Below are positions 36,899 through 44,486 of a stretch of DNA of 58,504 bases, piece after piece (the stretch's first letter is position 1; each line of letters opens with the position of its first letter). This DNA comes from Leptolyngbyaceae cyanobacterium. Its GTDB lineage: Bacteria; Cyanobacteriota; Cyanobacteriia; Phormidesmidales; Phormidesmidaceae. Under the pieces are notes generated by a model that saw nothing but the letters and a program-made list of their open reading frames with translations, had not been told where the DNA came from and searched no databases. The stretch lies in NCBI GenBank assembly GCA_965263355.1, contig CBDHHL010000018.1, forward strand, positions 1-58,504, given 5' to 3'. The position numbers and the translations under genes are program-made.

Positions 36899-37333
36899 CT
36901 ACTGGGCAGCGGCCAAAGTTTTCTTGGCTGAAGGCTTGGATGTTGGGGTAGTAGAGCTGGAGCTTCCAGTAGATTTCTCCCCAGTTGGTTTCTTTTTTTC
37001 GGTGGGTTCCTCCTCTAGTGGAATTTCTTCTGGTGGACCATCAGGTCCGTAATAAAGTAGCTCCCACAGTTCAGTGATCATGCTCACTGTGAGCTTGGCT
37101 GATAGCTCTGAATCACTAACCTCCTTGGGGACAACTTCACGAAGCCGAAGAGACTTGATCACAAATGCCCTGGCTTGTTCTACCCTCGTCAATCCTTGGT
37201 TCCTAAGCTCATTCCAGTAGATAGCCTCATCTACTAAAAGAGATCTATACAAGGGCAGCTCAAACACCGAAACCTCATCGATGATGACCTTATGCATGGT
37301 CGGCTGTAGCTGCCAAGGGAGTGACTGTGACAT
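36899..37333 (-). CDS. Tail assembly chaperone (gpG-like)
   Basis: Between major tail and tape measure; ends with a slippery site. Confidence 0.8.
   Translation of the reverse strand: MSQSLPWQLQPTMHKVIIDEVSVFELPLYRSLLVDEAIYWNELRNQGLTRVEQARAFVIKSLRLREVVPKEVSDSELSAKLTVSMITELWELLYYGPDGPPEEIPLEEEPTEKKKPTGEKSTGSSSSTTPTSKPSAKKTLAAAQ
36992..36998 (-). other. Programmed -1 ribosomal frameshift heptamer A AAA AAG
   Basis: In-frame GAA AAA AAG; a -1 shift joins ORF 36899-37333 to ORF 36606-36893. Confidence 0.85.
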
Positions 37334-37535
37334 AGGGGATAAAGATGGATGTGTGAACTTGATCGGTATTTTTAGGGATTGCCACTAGGCCATGAACTAC
37401 GCCCTTTTCTCGATCCCATAACTGTTGGTCAGTCCCCGCGATCGCTTTTTCTTTTAACCAGATAGCGTTGGCAAAAATACCATCAGACGCAATCTGACCA
37501 AATAGATAAACGTCGCGGTTACTGAGAATAATCAT
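37290..37535 (-). CDS. Hypothetical protein in the tail operon
   Basis: Coupled ORF. Confidence 0.5.
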   Translation of the reverse strand: MIILSNRDVYLFGQIASDGIFANAIWLKEKAIAGTDQQLWDREKGVVHGLVAIPKNTDQVHTSIFIPYVTVTPLAATADHA

Positions 37536-38245
37536 TAGGTCTGTGGAGCGATACGGTTAATTGAGTCAAACGCTACGGTGATGTTGCCCTGTACCTCAGA
37601 GCCATCAGCGGCAGGGCTGGCGATGCCCGTGGCGACACAAACACCCCAGATAATTGGGCCAGTTGAGAAGACTGTAGCGTCAGGGCTTTCAAGCTCACGC
37701 TCCACGTAAAGCTTCTGGGTGTTGTCCTTCGCGTACGCCAGAGTCTCATAGAAAGCGTCGTAATAGCTGTAACCACCGTTAAAAGTGCCGTCTGCTGTAC
37801 CTTCACCAATACTCACGGTAGACGTGGAATGGTCGAAACTGGAGAAGCTTGTTGTCCCCACAGATTCGTTGATGTCTGCAGACTGACGGATACGGGCAAC
37901 AGGCGGGAATACAAAGGTGCTGCCATCCGGGATGGATTCATTAGCCGAGACTTCCAGTGAAGTACCAGCACCAGCGTACAAAGTACGGACTCGGGCAATG
38001 ACGCTAGTCCCTGCAGGGGAAATAAACTCAAGTGGCTGACCGACTTGTATTTGAGAGCCAGTCAAGGCAGATGCAAGGGTTACTGTCTCATCTTCTGCTG
38101 TACCTTCGGTAGTGACATTGACAGCACCACTTACTGTCCCTGTGCCAGGCGTGGGACGAGACGTTGATCCGGTCGGGATTAAGGCAGCGCGAACAATCGT
38201 ATTTTTAGCCTGAGGTGGGCTAATGGGCTGGGTGGCTTGTGGCAT
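37535..38245 (-). CDS. Major tail (tube) protein
   Basis: Size, S/T/G-rich composition, position upstream of chaperones; GGAG RBS. Confidence 0.7.
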   Translation of the reverse strand: MPQATQPISPPQAKNTIVRAALIPTGSTSRPTPGTGTVSGAVNVTTEGTAEDETVTLASALTGSQIQVGQPLEFISPAGTSVIARVRTLYAGAGTSLEVSANESIPDGSTFVFPPVARIRQSADINESVGTTSFSSFDHSTSTVSIGEGTADGTFNGGYSYYDAFYETLAYAKDNTQKLYVERELESPDATVFSTGPIIWGVCVATGIASPAADGSEVQGNITVAFDSINRIAPQT

Positions 38246-38258
38246 AGGTCAAAAACTC

Positions 38259-38531
38259 CTATTTGTGGTCAAAACTGGAAAACTTTTGCATCGCCTGAGC
38301 AGCTTGATCTACAGGGTCAGATGCTTGTTGCAGCAAATTATTATTCATTGGCAAATAAGCAACAGAACCCTCAGGAATATCTTTTAATGCAGCAATTCTT
38401 AGCACCCCTGAGGCAGGTAACAGCTCAAGAGTTGCTGTACTTACAAACTCCTGAGTCTGAGGGTTGATAAAACCTAGGACTAGTGTTGAATTGATATTTT
38501 GCTTAGCAGGTTGAGCGGGTTGTGATGGCAT
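38259..38531 (-). CDS. Hypothetical protein in the tail operon
   Basis: ORF. Confidence 0.55.
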   Translation of the reverse strand: MPSQPAQPAKQNINSTLVLGFINPQTQEFVSTATLELLPASGVLRIAALKDIPEGSVAYLPMNNNLLQQASDPVDQAAQAMQKFSSFDHK

Positions 38532-38533
38532 AG

Positions 38534-38974
38534 CTATGAGCTGGCGTATTGATTAATCAAAAAAGTTTGCTGTTCAACAGAGTTAAGGTCAGAGTTTCGG
38601 ACAACACGGGGGCCAATATTGTCAATGATGTTGCCCAGTTCTTTGATCAACAGAGACCGAGCAGTTTTGGTTGTGGCTGTCACATCAAACTGCTTTAGCG
38701 TGATCCGAGTGGTGTGGGTAAGATAGAATTCTTTGTTCAGTAGAGGCGTAATATTGCTATCCACCTCAGGCTCAATGACACACTCAAGGCCCGTGTGCTT
38801 GATGGGCTTTTGCTCCCATCGGAAACCGCCAACAGTCTTTACATTGCCATCATCGATAGTGAGCGCCTGAACAGATTGCTCACTCCCACCACTAACCATG
38901 TACGTTTTGGTCCCAAGCTCAGCAGCTAGGGCTGTGGCAATGCGATCGCGTAGTTGCTGGAGAGTAATACTCAC
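38534..38974 (-). CDS. Tail terminator/completion-like protein
   Basis: Synteny and size. Confidence 0.5.
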   Translation of the reverse strand: MSITLQQLRDRIATALAAELGTKTYMVSGGSEQSVQALTIDDGNVKTVGGFRWEQKPIKHTGLECVIEPEVDSNITPLLNKEFYLTHTTRITLKQFDVTATTKTARSLLIKELGNIIDNIGPRVVRNSDLNSVEQQTFLINQYASS

Positions 38975-39375
38975 GCGGCTATCCTCCGCATATTTTCACC
39001 GAATAGCTCAACCGGGTTAGTAATTTTATGGGCTTCTTCTACTGGGTTCCTAGCAGGAAATTCATTGCCTTTGGTGGTCGTATAGCCAAAGAAAATTTGA
39101 GGGGCATAATTCACACCACCACCGCCCCAGCTGAACTCAGCTAGGAAGGGATTGATGAATTCGAACTCTTGAGAGTCACGAAAAGCACCTTGATCAACAA
39201 TATTTCGAGTCGTTCCAGCGCGTTCCCCAGATCGGCGGATTGTTTCACCTGGCCAGCCATAGCGGGGGGATTCAATAGCAGTCTGATACGCACTATCTAA
39301 ATCACGGACTGTCTCTTGTAGCCCGCTAGTCAGTGCGCTATAGATTGCAGCTGAATTGATCTGAGGTATAGCCAT
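38971..39375 (-). CDS. Neck/tail-completion protein (HK97 gp10-like)
   Basis: RNIVDQGAFRDS...NYA....G......PAR motif. Confidence 0.65.
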   Translation of the reverse strand: MAIPQINSAAIYSALTSGLQETVRDLDSAYQTAIESPRYGWPGETIRRSGERAGTTRNIVDQGAFRDSQEFEFINPFLAEFSWGGGGVNYAPQIFFGYTTTKGNEFPARNPVEEAHKITNPVELFGENMRRIAA

Positions 39376-39384
39376 GGGTACAGC

Positions 39385-39777
39385 ATGGCCGAGAATCTTC
39401 TCTGTAGGCTAAAATGCCTGATATCCTGGCAGCCGTCACCAATGACACACGAAATAAAAGCAACTGGCATCGAGTCTCAAACGTGGGACCGATGGAAGCA
39501 GGTAAAAGATTTAGTTGGTGGAGACACTAACGCCAAAGCAATGACCACGCTGGTTAATCTGGTCTATCTGCTTTATCAGTCCAGCCGATGGTCGGATATC
39601 CAGCGAAAAGCAGCCACACTAGTGACAGCCCAATGGATCGATAGAAGTGGCCAAGTCATTCCTATGCATCCATCAGAGGTGAAGCGGGTATCTATGGATG
39701 AAGGGAAAACGCTGGTTTTCACTCGCAGTCAGGGCGAACCTTACATGATCACTAGAGAGGCTTGGGAGAAGGGCTAA
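39385..39777 (+). CDS. Hypothetical protein, opposite strand within the structural operon (start probably 39442)
   Basis: ORF filling the gap. Confidence 0.5.
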   Translation: MAENLLCRLKCLISWQPSPMTHEIKATGIESQTWDRWKQVKDLVGGDTNAKAMTTLVNLVYLLYQSSRWSDIQRKAATLVTAQWIDRSGQVIPMHPSEVKRVSMDEGKTLVFTRSQGEPYMITREAWEKG

Positions 39778-40115
39778 GTCGCTGTCGCCTCAATAAAAGC
39801 TGCAAGCATCTTAGACATTTTTTCGATAAATAAGCTCACCGTTACCTGCTTCGTTGCAAAATAGGGGATTAATAGCTCAATAGGGTTTTCACCCTGATGC
39901 GGTGGCCTTGTCACCACCGCATAAAACACCCAGGCGAAGCAATCAGTTTGCCATTCCCCCCAAGCGTATATGTCATCCAATGACACATAGGATCGCTTCT
40001 CGGCACGCCACAAAGCTTCAGTGAGCGCATCCACAGACTTTAGGTTCCACCCAAACTCATGCATAAGTTCACGAAGCTTGCTTATACCCTCAAGGTTACT
40101 CATGCCAACGTCCAT
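39774..40115 (-). CDS. Hypothetical protein
   Basis: Coupled ORF. Confidence 0.55.
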   Translation of the reverse strand: MDVGMSNLEGISKLRELMHEFGWNLKSVDALTEALWRAEKRSYVSLDDIYAWGEWQTDCFAWVFYAVVTRPPHQGENPIELLIPYFATKQVTVSLFIEKMSKMLAAFIEATAT

Positions 40116-40498
40116 AGTGCCGTAAACTTTTCACCTATCTCCTTAGCCGCTATCTCAATGGGAAAGTCACCTATTGAGCACTCTAGCCGTCCTATCCCAG
40201 AAGGCAATTCACACTCACCAATAGGTCTTCTTTGCTTTCGTAACTCTGGCGTAAATTTATAGTCTTGAGTGTCATCTACCCAGGCATAAAACACGCTGGT
40301 GTAAGTACTAGTGCCTGGAAACTGATTCTCAACAATTCTTGCAGCCTCTGCTTGCCCTGAAACTGGCACCAATCTAATCGGGATAGCTACAGCACCCGTT
40401 CCACTAGCGTCCCCGCCCTCTCCATCGTCAGTGATGGCTGTGGCTAAACGAAAGGTTACCGTTGTTTGATATGCTCCGGTTCCGTCAAATCGTGCCAT
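40100..40498 (-). CDS. Head closure/stopper-like protein
   Basis: Synteny (first gene of the neck/tail cluster); beta-rich. Confidence 0.45.
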   Translation of the reverse strand: MARFDGTGAYQTTVTFRLATAITDDGEGGDASGTGAVAIPIRLVPVSGQAEAARIVENQFPGTSTYTSVFYAWVDDTQDYKFTPELRKQRRPIGECELPSGIGRLECSIGDFPIEIAAKEIGEKFTALWTLA

Positions 40499-40531
40499 TA
40501 GCTAAGTGATTGCGATCGCCCTAAGTTTAGC

Positions 40532-41002
40532 TTAATCCCAAGAAATTACCCGCACGTCCCATGTTTCAACGGGTACGCTGAAATCAAAATCAAATCTGAT
40601 GTTCTCTGCGGTATTAGGCCCCAGTAATTCTATAGTTTGTTCTTGAGTTTGAGGCAGTCGCCCTGGCGCATAGCCAATTGCTTCAATAACTACATTTTTG
40701 ACTAAGTCATCGCCAGTGTTGTGGATATTCCCTTGGATTTCTGTAGTGTCCACAAGCTCATTGAAAGCATTAAATCGTCTGTTGTTATAGAACGATCCTG
40801 ACCACACCCGAGCATCATTACGAACACTTTCAACTGTGCTAACACCAACCACGCTGGGGGTTGCCTGCCTATTGTCGCCACACATATGGCTCAAGTCTGT
40901 CTGAACCCCACCCATAATGATGTAGCACTGGGGCAAAGCATAAGCAGGGGAAGTAACACCTGCAGTAACGAGTGCAGAAACAAGTAGAAAGCGCTTAATC
41001 AT
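40532..41002 (-). CDS. Secreted protein (signal peptide, CY...DL..MC motif, Ig/FxLYD-like C-terminus)
   Basis: MIKRFLLVSALVTAGVTSPAYA signal; G.I.N.G...V.NV.I pattern. Confidence 0.7.
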   Translation of the reverse strand: MIKRFLLVSALVTAGVTSPAYALPQCYIIMGGVQTDLSHMCGDNRQATPSVVGVSTVESVRNDARVWSGSFYNNRRFNAFNELVDTTEIQGNIHNTGDDLVKNVVIEAIGYAPGRLPQTQEQTIELLGPNTAENIRFDFDFSVPVETWDVRVISWD

Positions 41003-41091
41003 AGAAAACCTAGGAACAGTAGCTAACGATTTCAGTGTGTAGCATTTGCCCTCAGGATAACTCAGACAACGCTAGGCCTTTGGCGAATACC

Positions 41092-41142
41092 TCACCTACC
41101 ACTACCCCGATCCGCACCGAATACCCAGAAAAACCAAAACAT
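41092..41142 (-). CDS. PatS-like RGSGR peptide MFWFFWVFGADRGSGR (16 aa)
   Basis: Manual translation ATG...CGG GGT AGT GGT AGG TGA; AGGAG RBS 7 nt upstream; hydrophobic leader plus C-terminal RGSGR as in Anabaena PatS. Confidence 0.75.
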   Translation of the reverse strand: MFWFFWVFGADRGSGR

Positions 41143-41423
41143 AATCGCACTCCTGTACTAACGTGCGTACTATCTTCTGAGTGACACACGGTTATCAGGG
41201 ATGACCAAGGCTATCTTTGCGTAGGTTTTATGTTTATGAAGGCTGGTTAATCTCGCAGATATCCTCTCTTACCCACCAACAGCCACCCTCAGGTTTCTCT
41301 ACAAACAGGTAACCAGGCATAGACCATGGCGGCTCCCTCAGGATGCCGTAGCGTGGCCTTGGTTTAGAGTTGCGGCGTGGGCCTGGATTGTCGGGCAGGC
41401 GTACTTTGGTCATTGCCTTGGGT

Positions 41424-41457
41424 TCTCATTTAAAGACGATCTGTTCTTTAAATGAGA
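41424..41457. other. 13-8-13 inverted repeat (recombination-site or operator geometry)
   Basis: TCTCATTTAAAGA-CGATCTGT-TCTTTAAATGAGA. Confidence 0.7.
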
Positions 41458-41479
41458 CAGTTTTAAAAGTGTTAAAATT

Positions 41480-41520
41480 AAAGCACCGAGCGGATTCAGA
41501 CCCCTGCTCGGTGCTTAATT
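41480..41520. other. Strong hairpin in the leader of ORF 41542
   Basis: AAGCACCGAGC...GCTCGGTGCTT. Confidence 0.6.
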
Positions 41521-41541
41521 GACACAATGGATTAACACACT

Positions 41542-42621
41542 ATGAATATAGCACAAGAACCCATCGCGTACTTTGACAGGAAGCGATTGATCACACGCTC
41601 CGGGCTAAAGCCGACCGAGAGGTTTGTCTTGCATACGATAAACGACTACTGCTCAGGTGACGGGACAGGGGCGTTCCCGAAGCAGCAGACCATTGCCAAT
41701 GACACTGGGTACAGTCGCCAGACAGTTAACTGCGCAATCAAAAAGCTTGAAGCCAAAAAGATCATTACTCAGATCCATAACTACCGAGAGCACGTTGGTG
41801 GACGCCGAAACAGCAATTATGTAGTTCATTGGCCAGAACTCGAAACCCTTGAAAATAGCAAATGTCAAAAAACCCGACATCGATATGTCAAAAAAACCGA
41901 CAACATATCTACCCATAGTGATCTACCCATAAAAGAAATAAAGTTCATTCAAAATGAACAGAATAAAGCGATTCAAGATGAATCCGCAGTCAGCAATCAA
42001 GAAATTTCTTTTTCTGATTCTTTTGACCAGGGTGCTGTTAACCCTGAACCCAATGGCCAAGATCCAAAAGTACCCTCAAGGGTTGATACGGTTCCGCGAA
42101 GTTCGAAAAAACCGAACAAACGTGGAGCAAGGCCAAACGATTTGGCTTATGACAAAAATGGATGGTTGCAGTTACCCAGTGGTAGGGCTCACAAACTTCC
42201 TCGATGGCTTGCTTATCGATGGATGCAATTAACCTTGGCTGTTGATTATTTAGACTTTGAAGTCGTTGGCATCGCACCAGACGATCAACCGGTGTTGCAG
42301 ACCAGAGATGGGTTAATGACGGCTAACTATGCATTTGGCGATCGCGATAATTCTGGCCAGTATCCTCTAAAGCAGCTGAGAGACTGTGCAGCGGTCGATA
42401 GGGGACAAAGCCATGTATTGAGCCAGGGGTTATATAACGAGGCCCTTGAGGACTATTTTGAGCAGTGCAGTAAGTGGTGCAAGGATGCAGGGGATCAAGC
42501 GTTGGCCATTATTGAACGGCAAACAGCCCTTAGGATGGTTGGGTTCTGGGAGTCTGAGTACGATGACATGCAGTACTCTTGGTCTGAGTTGGATGGATAC
42601 CTCTGGGAGGAAGCCGCATGA
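41542..42621 (+). CDS. Second HTH replication-initiator-like protein
   Basis: LKPTERFVL..I.DY.......FP.Q.TIA.DTGYSRQTV..AIKKLE HTH_36-type motif; internal direct repeats. Confidence 0.75.
   Translation: MNIAQEPIAYFDRKRLITRSGLKPTERFVLHTINDYCSGDGTGAFPKQQTIANDTGYSRQTVNCAIKKLEAKKIITQIHNYREHVGGRRNSNYVVHWPELETLENSKCQKTRHRYVKKTDNISTHSDLPIKEIKFIQNEQNKAIQDESAVSNQEISFSDSFDQGAVNPEPNGQDPKVPSRVDTVPRSSKKPNKRGARPNDLAYDKNGWLQLPSGRAHKLPRWLAYRWMQLTLAVDYLDFEVVGIAPDDQPVLQTRDGLMTANYAFGDRDNSGQYPLKQLRDCAAVDRGQSHVLSQGLYNEALEDYFEQCSKWCKDAGDQALAIIERQTALRMVGFWESEYDDMQYSWSELDGYLWEEAA
41862..41902. repeat. Two 18-bp iteron-like direct repeats
   Basis: ATGTCAAAAAACCCGACA (41862) and ATGTCAAAAAAACCGACA (41885). Confidence 0.7.
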
Positions 42622-42627
42622 CCAGTA

Positions 42628-43119
42628 TTGAGTGACAGGCTATACTTTTCCCATAGCAACCACATTGGAATAGTGGCGAGAAAGTCTAAATACGAGAAAC
42701 ATAAGCCAGGTGTGTTCCGTCATTTTCAGGAAGGCTTTAGTGCTGGCGAGGTTCTGCGCATTCCGGAATACTCAAAAATCCCTTCAAGCACCATCTACGA
42801 TTGGGCTAAAGAGTTTAAACTGATACAGAGTTTAGGTCATGAGTCCGGGTTCATTCCGGAAAAGGAAAGCATTCCGGAAGCCCGATTAAGGCTAAAAAAA
42901 ATAGACCCTGAAGATCCTATTCAGAGAGTCATTAACGCCCTGTGGGATATTGTTGATGACCCCAGTGACAAAGGGGCAAATGTGGCTGTTCAAGCTTGCA
43001 ACACCATCCTTAAGGGTATAGCTATGCAGTACGACATTGCATCTAAACAGGAGTCAGAAGAAGACGAAGCAGCACCAGAACCCGCAGAAATCAACATAGC
43101 TGGGCATGGGGAAGCGTAA
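42628..43119 (+). CDS. terS: Terminase small subunit-like protein
   Basis: N-terminal HTH (IPSSTIYDWAK); directly upstream of the large terminase. Confidence 0.65.
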   Translation: MSDRLYFSHSNHIGIVARKSKYEKHKPGVFRHFQEGFSAGEVLRIPEYSKIPSSTIYDWAKEFKLIQSLGHESGFIPEKESIPEARLRLKKIDPEDPIQRVINALWDIVDDPSDKGANVAVQACNTILKGIAMQYDIASKQESEEDEAAPEPAEINIAGHGEA

Positions 43120-44458
43120 AGGTAGTGTCACGGTAGAAATCCCATCTAAATTAACAAGCGTCTTCGCTGGCCCTGCTAGATACCGCTGCGCCTATGGCGG
43201 GCGTGGTAGTGGGAAGTCATATACGTTTGCAAAGATGGCCGCGATTCGTGGCTATGCTAATCCGTTAAGAATCCTATGTACTCGTGAGCTGCAAAACAGT
43301 ATTAAGGATTCAGTTCATGCAGAGATAAAGCGGGCTATATATTCAGAGCCTTGGTTAGAAAAGTTTTACGACGTGGGAGAGACCTACATACGTGGTCGTA
43401 ATGGGACTGAGTTTTTATTCAAAGGATTGAGGTTGAATTACCAAGAGATTAAGTCAACCGCTGGTGTAGGCATTTGCTGGATAGAAGAAGCGTCAGCGGT
43501 GTCTGATGAAAGCTGGGAGACGCTGATACCTACCATCCGAGAGCCTAACTCTGAAATATGGGTGACATGGAACCCATACGAAGAAATGGATCCGGTTCAT
43601 CAACGGTTTATCGAAAAACAGCCTAGTGCATTGAAAATAGCTGAAGTTAATTGGAGGGATAACCCTTGGTTCCCTGCAGTACTAGAGCAGGAAAGACAAG
43701 ACTGTAAACGCGACTGGCCAGAGGAGATATATGAACACATTTGGGAAGGTAAGGTTAAACGTGAGTCTGACCCATGGCAAGTGATTCCAACGGCATGGGT
43801 AGAAGCAGCAATGAAACGCTGGCAACCTCCCACGGCACCACAAACAGCCCTAGGTGTTGATGTGGCCAGAGGTGGCAAGGATGAGACTATACTGGCACCC
43901 CTCCATGGATGGCACTATGGTGAGCTGATCACGTACCCAGGTAAATCAACCCCAGATGGGGCAAGTGTGGCGGCACAGGTCCAACAGCATTTAACCCCTG
44001 GCAGTGCTGCATATATTGATGTCGTTGGTGTAGGTAGCTCTGTTTATGATCATTGCACTGGGCTAGAGGCTTACCCTGTCAGTGCTGGCACCAAGGCAGA
44101 AGACCCAAGAGGCCAGCGGTATACCGATAAATCAGGTCAGCTTGAGTTTAAAAATCTTCGCTCTTGGATGACATGGAGGTTTAGAGAGTTGTTAGACCCT
44201 GACGGTGGAGTGGATATTGCATTACCGCCGGATAGTCGATTGAAAGCAGATCTTTGTGCGCCTCGATGGAAGATGGAGCCGCCATTGGCAGGTAGTAAAG
44301 CTCAGGGCCGGATCGTTGTAGAGAGCAAGGATAAGGTGAAGGAGAGGATCGGGAGATCACCGGATAGGGGTGATGCTGTGCAGTATGCAGCGATTGGGAG
44401 AGACCATTTTGCACCCGATACTACGCTAATTGACAAACTTTCTGCTATGTACGGTTAA
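43106..44458 (+). CDS. terL: Terminase large subunit (PBSX family)
   Basis: YGGRGSGKS Walker A, WIEEA Walker B, PTIR, WNP; nuclease LGVDVARGGKD and SPDRGDA. Confidence 0.95.
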   Translation: MGKRKGSVTVEIPSKLTSVFAGPARYRCAYGGRGSGKSYTFAKMAAIRGYANPLRILCTRELQNSIKDSVHAEIKRAIYSEPWLEKFYDVGETYIRGRNGTEFLFKGLRLNYQEIKSTAGVGICWIEEASAVSDESWETLIPTIREPNSEIWVTWNPYEEMDPVHQRFIEKQPSALKIAEVNWRDNPWFPAVLEQERQDCKRDWPEEIYEHIWEGKVKRESDPWQVIPTAWVEAAMKRWQPPTAPQTALGVDVARGGKDETILAPLHGWHYGELITYPGKSTPDGASVAAQVQQHLTPGSAAYIDVVGVGSSVYDHCTGLEAYPVSAGTKAEDPRGQRYTDKSGQLEFKNLRSWMTWRFRELLDPDGGVDIALPPDSRLKADLCAPRWKMEPPLAGSKAQGRIVVESKDKVKERIGRSPDRGDAVQYAAIGRDHFAPDTTLIDKLSAMYG

Positions 44459-44486
44459 CATAGGGCTATTCCTGAAATGCTTCACC

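Noticed and set aside
43196..43219. RGSG in terminase (and NRGSGNR in the cyclase) as further PatS-like motifs
   Set aside because: Part of the Walker A loop or GGDEF N-terminal helix; not RGSGR and not terminal
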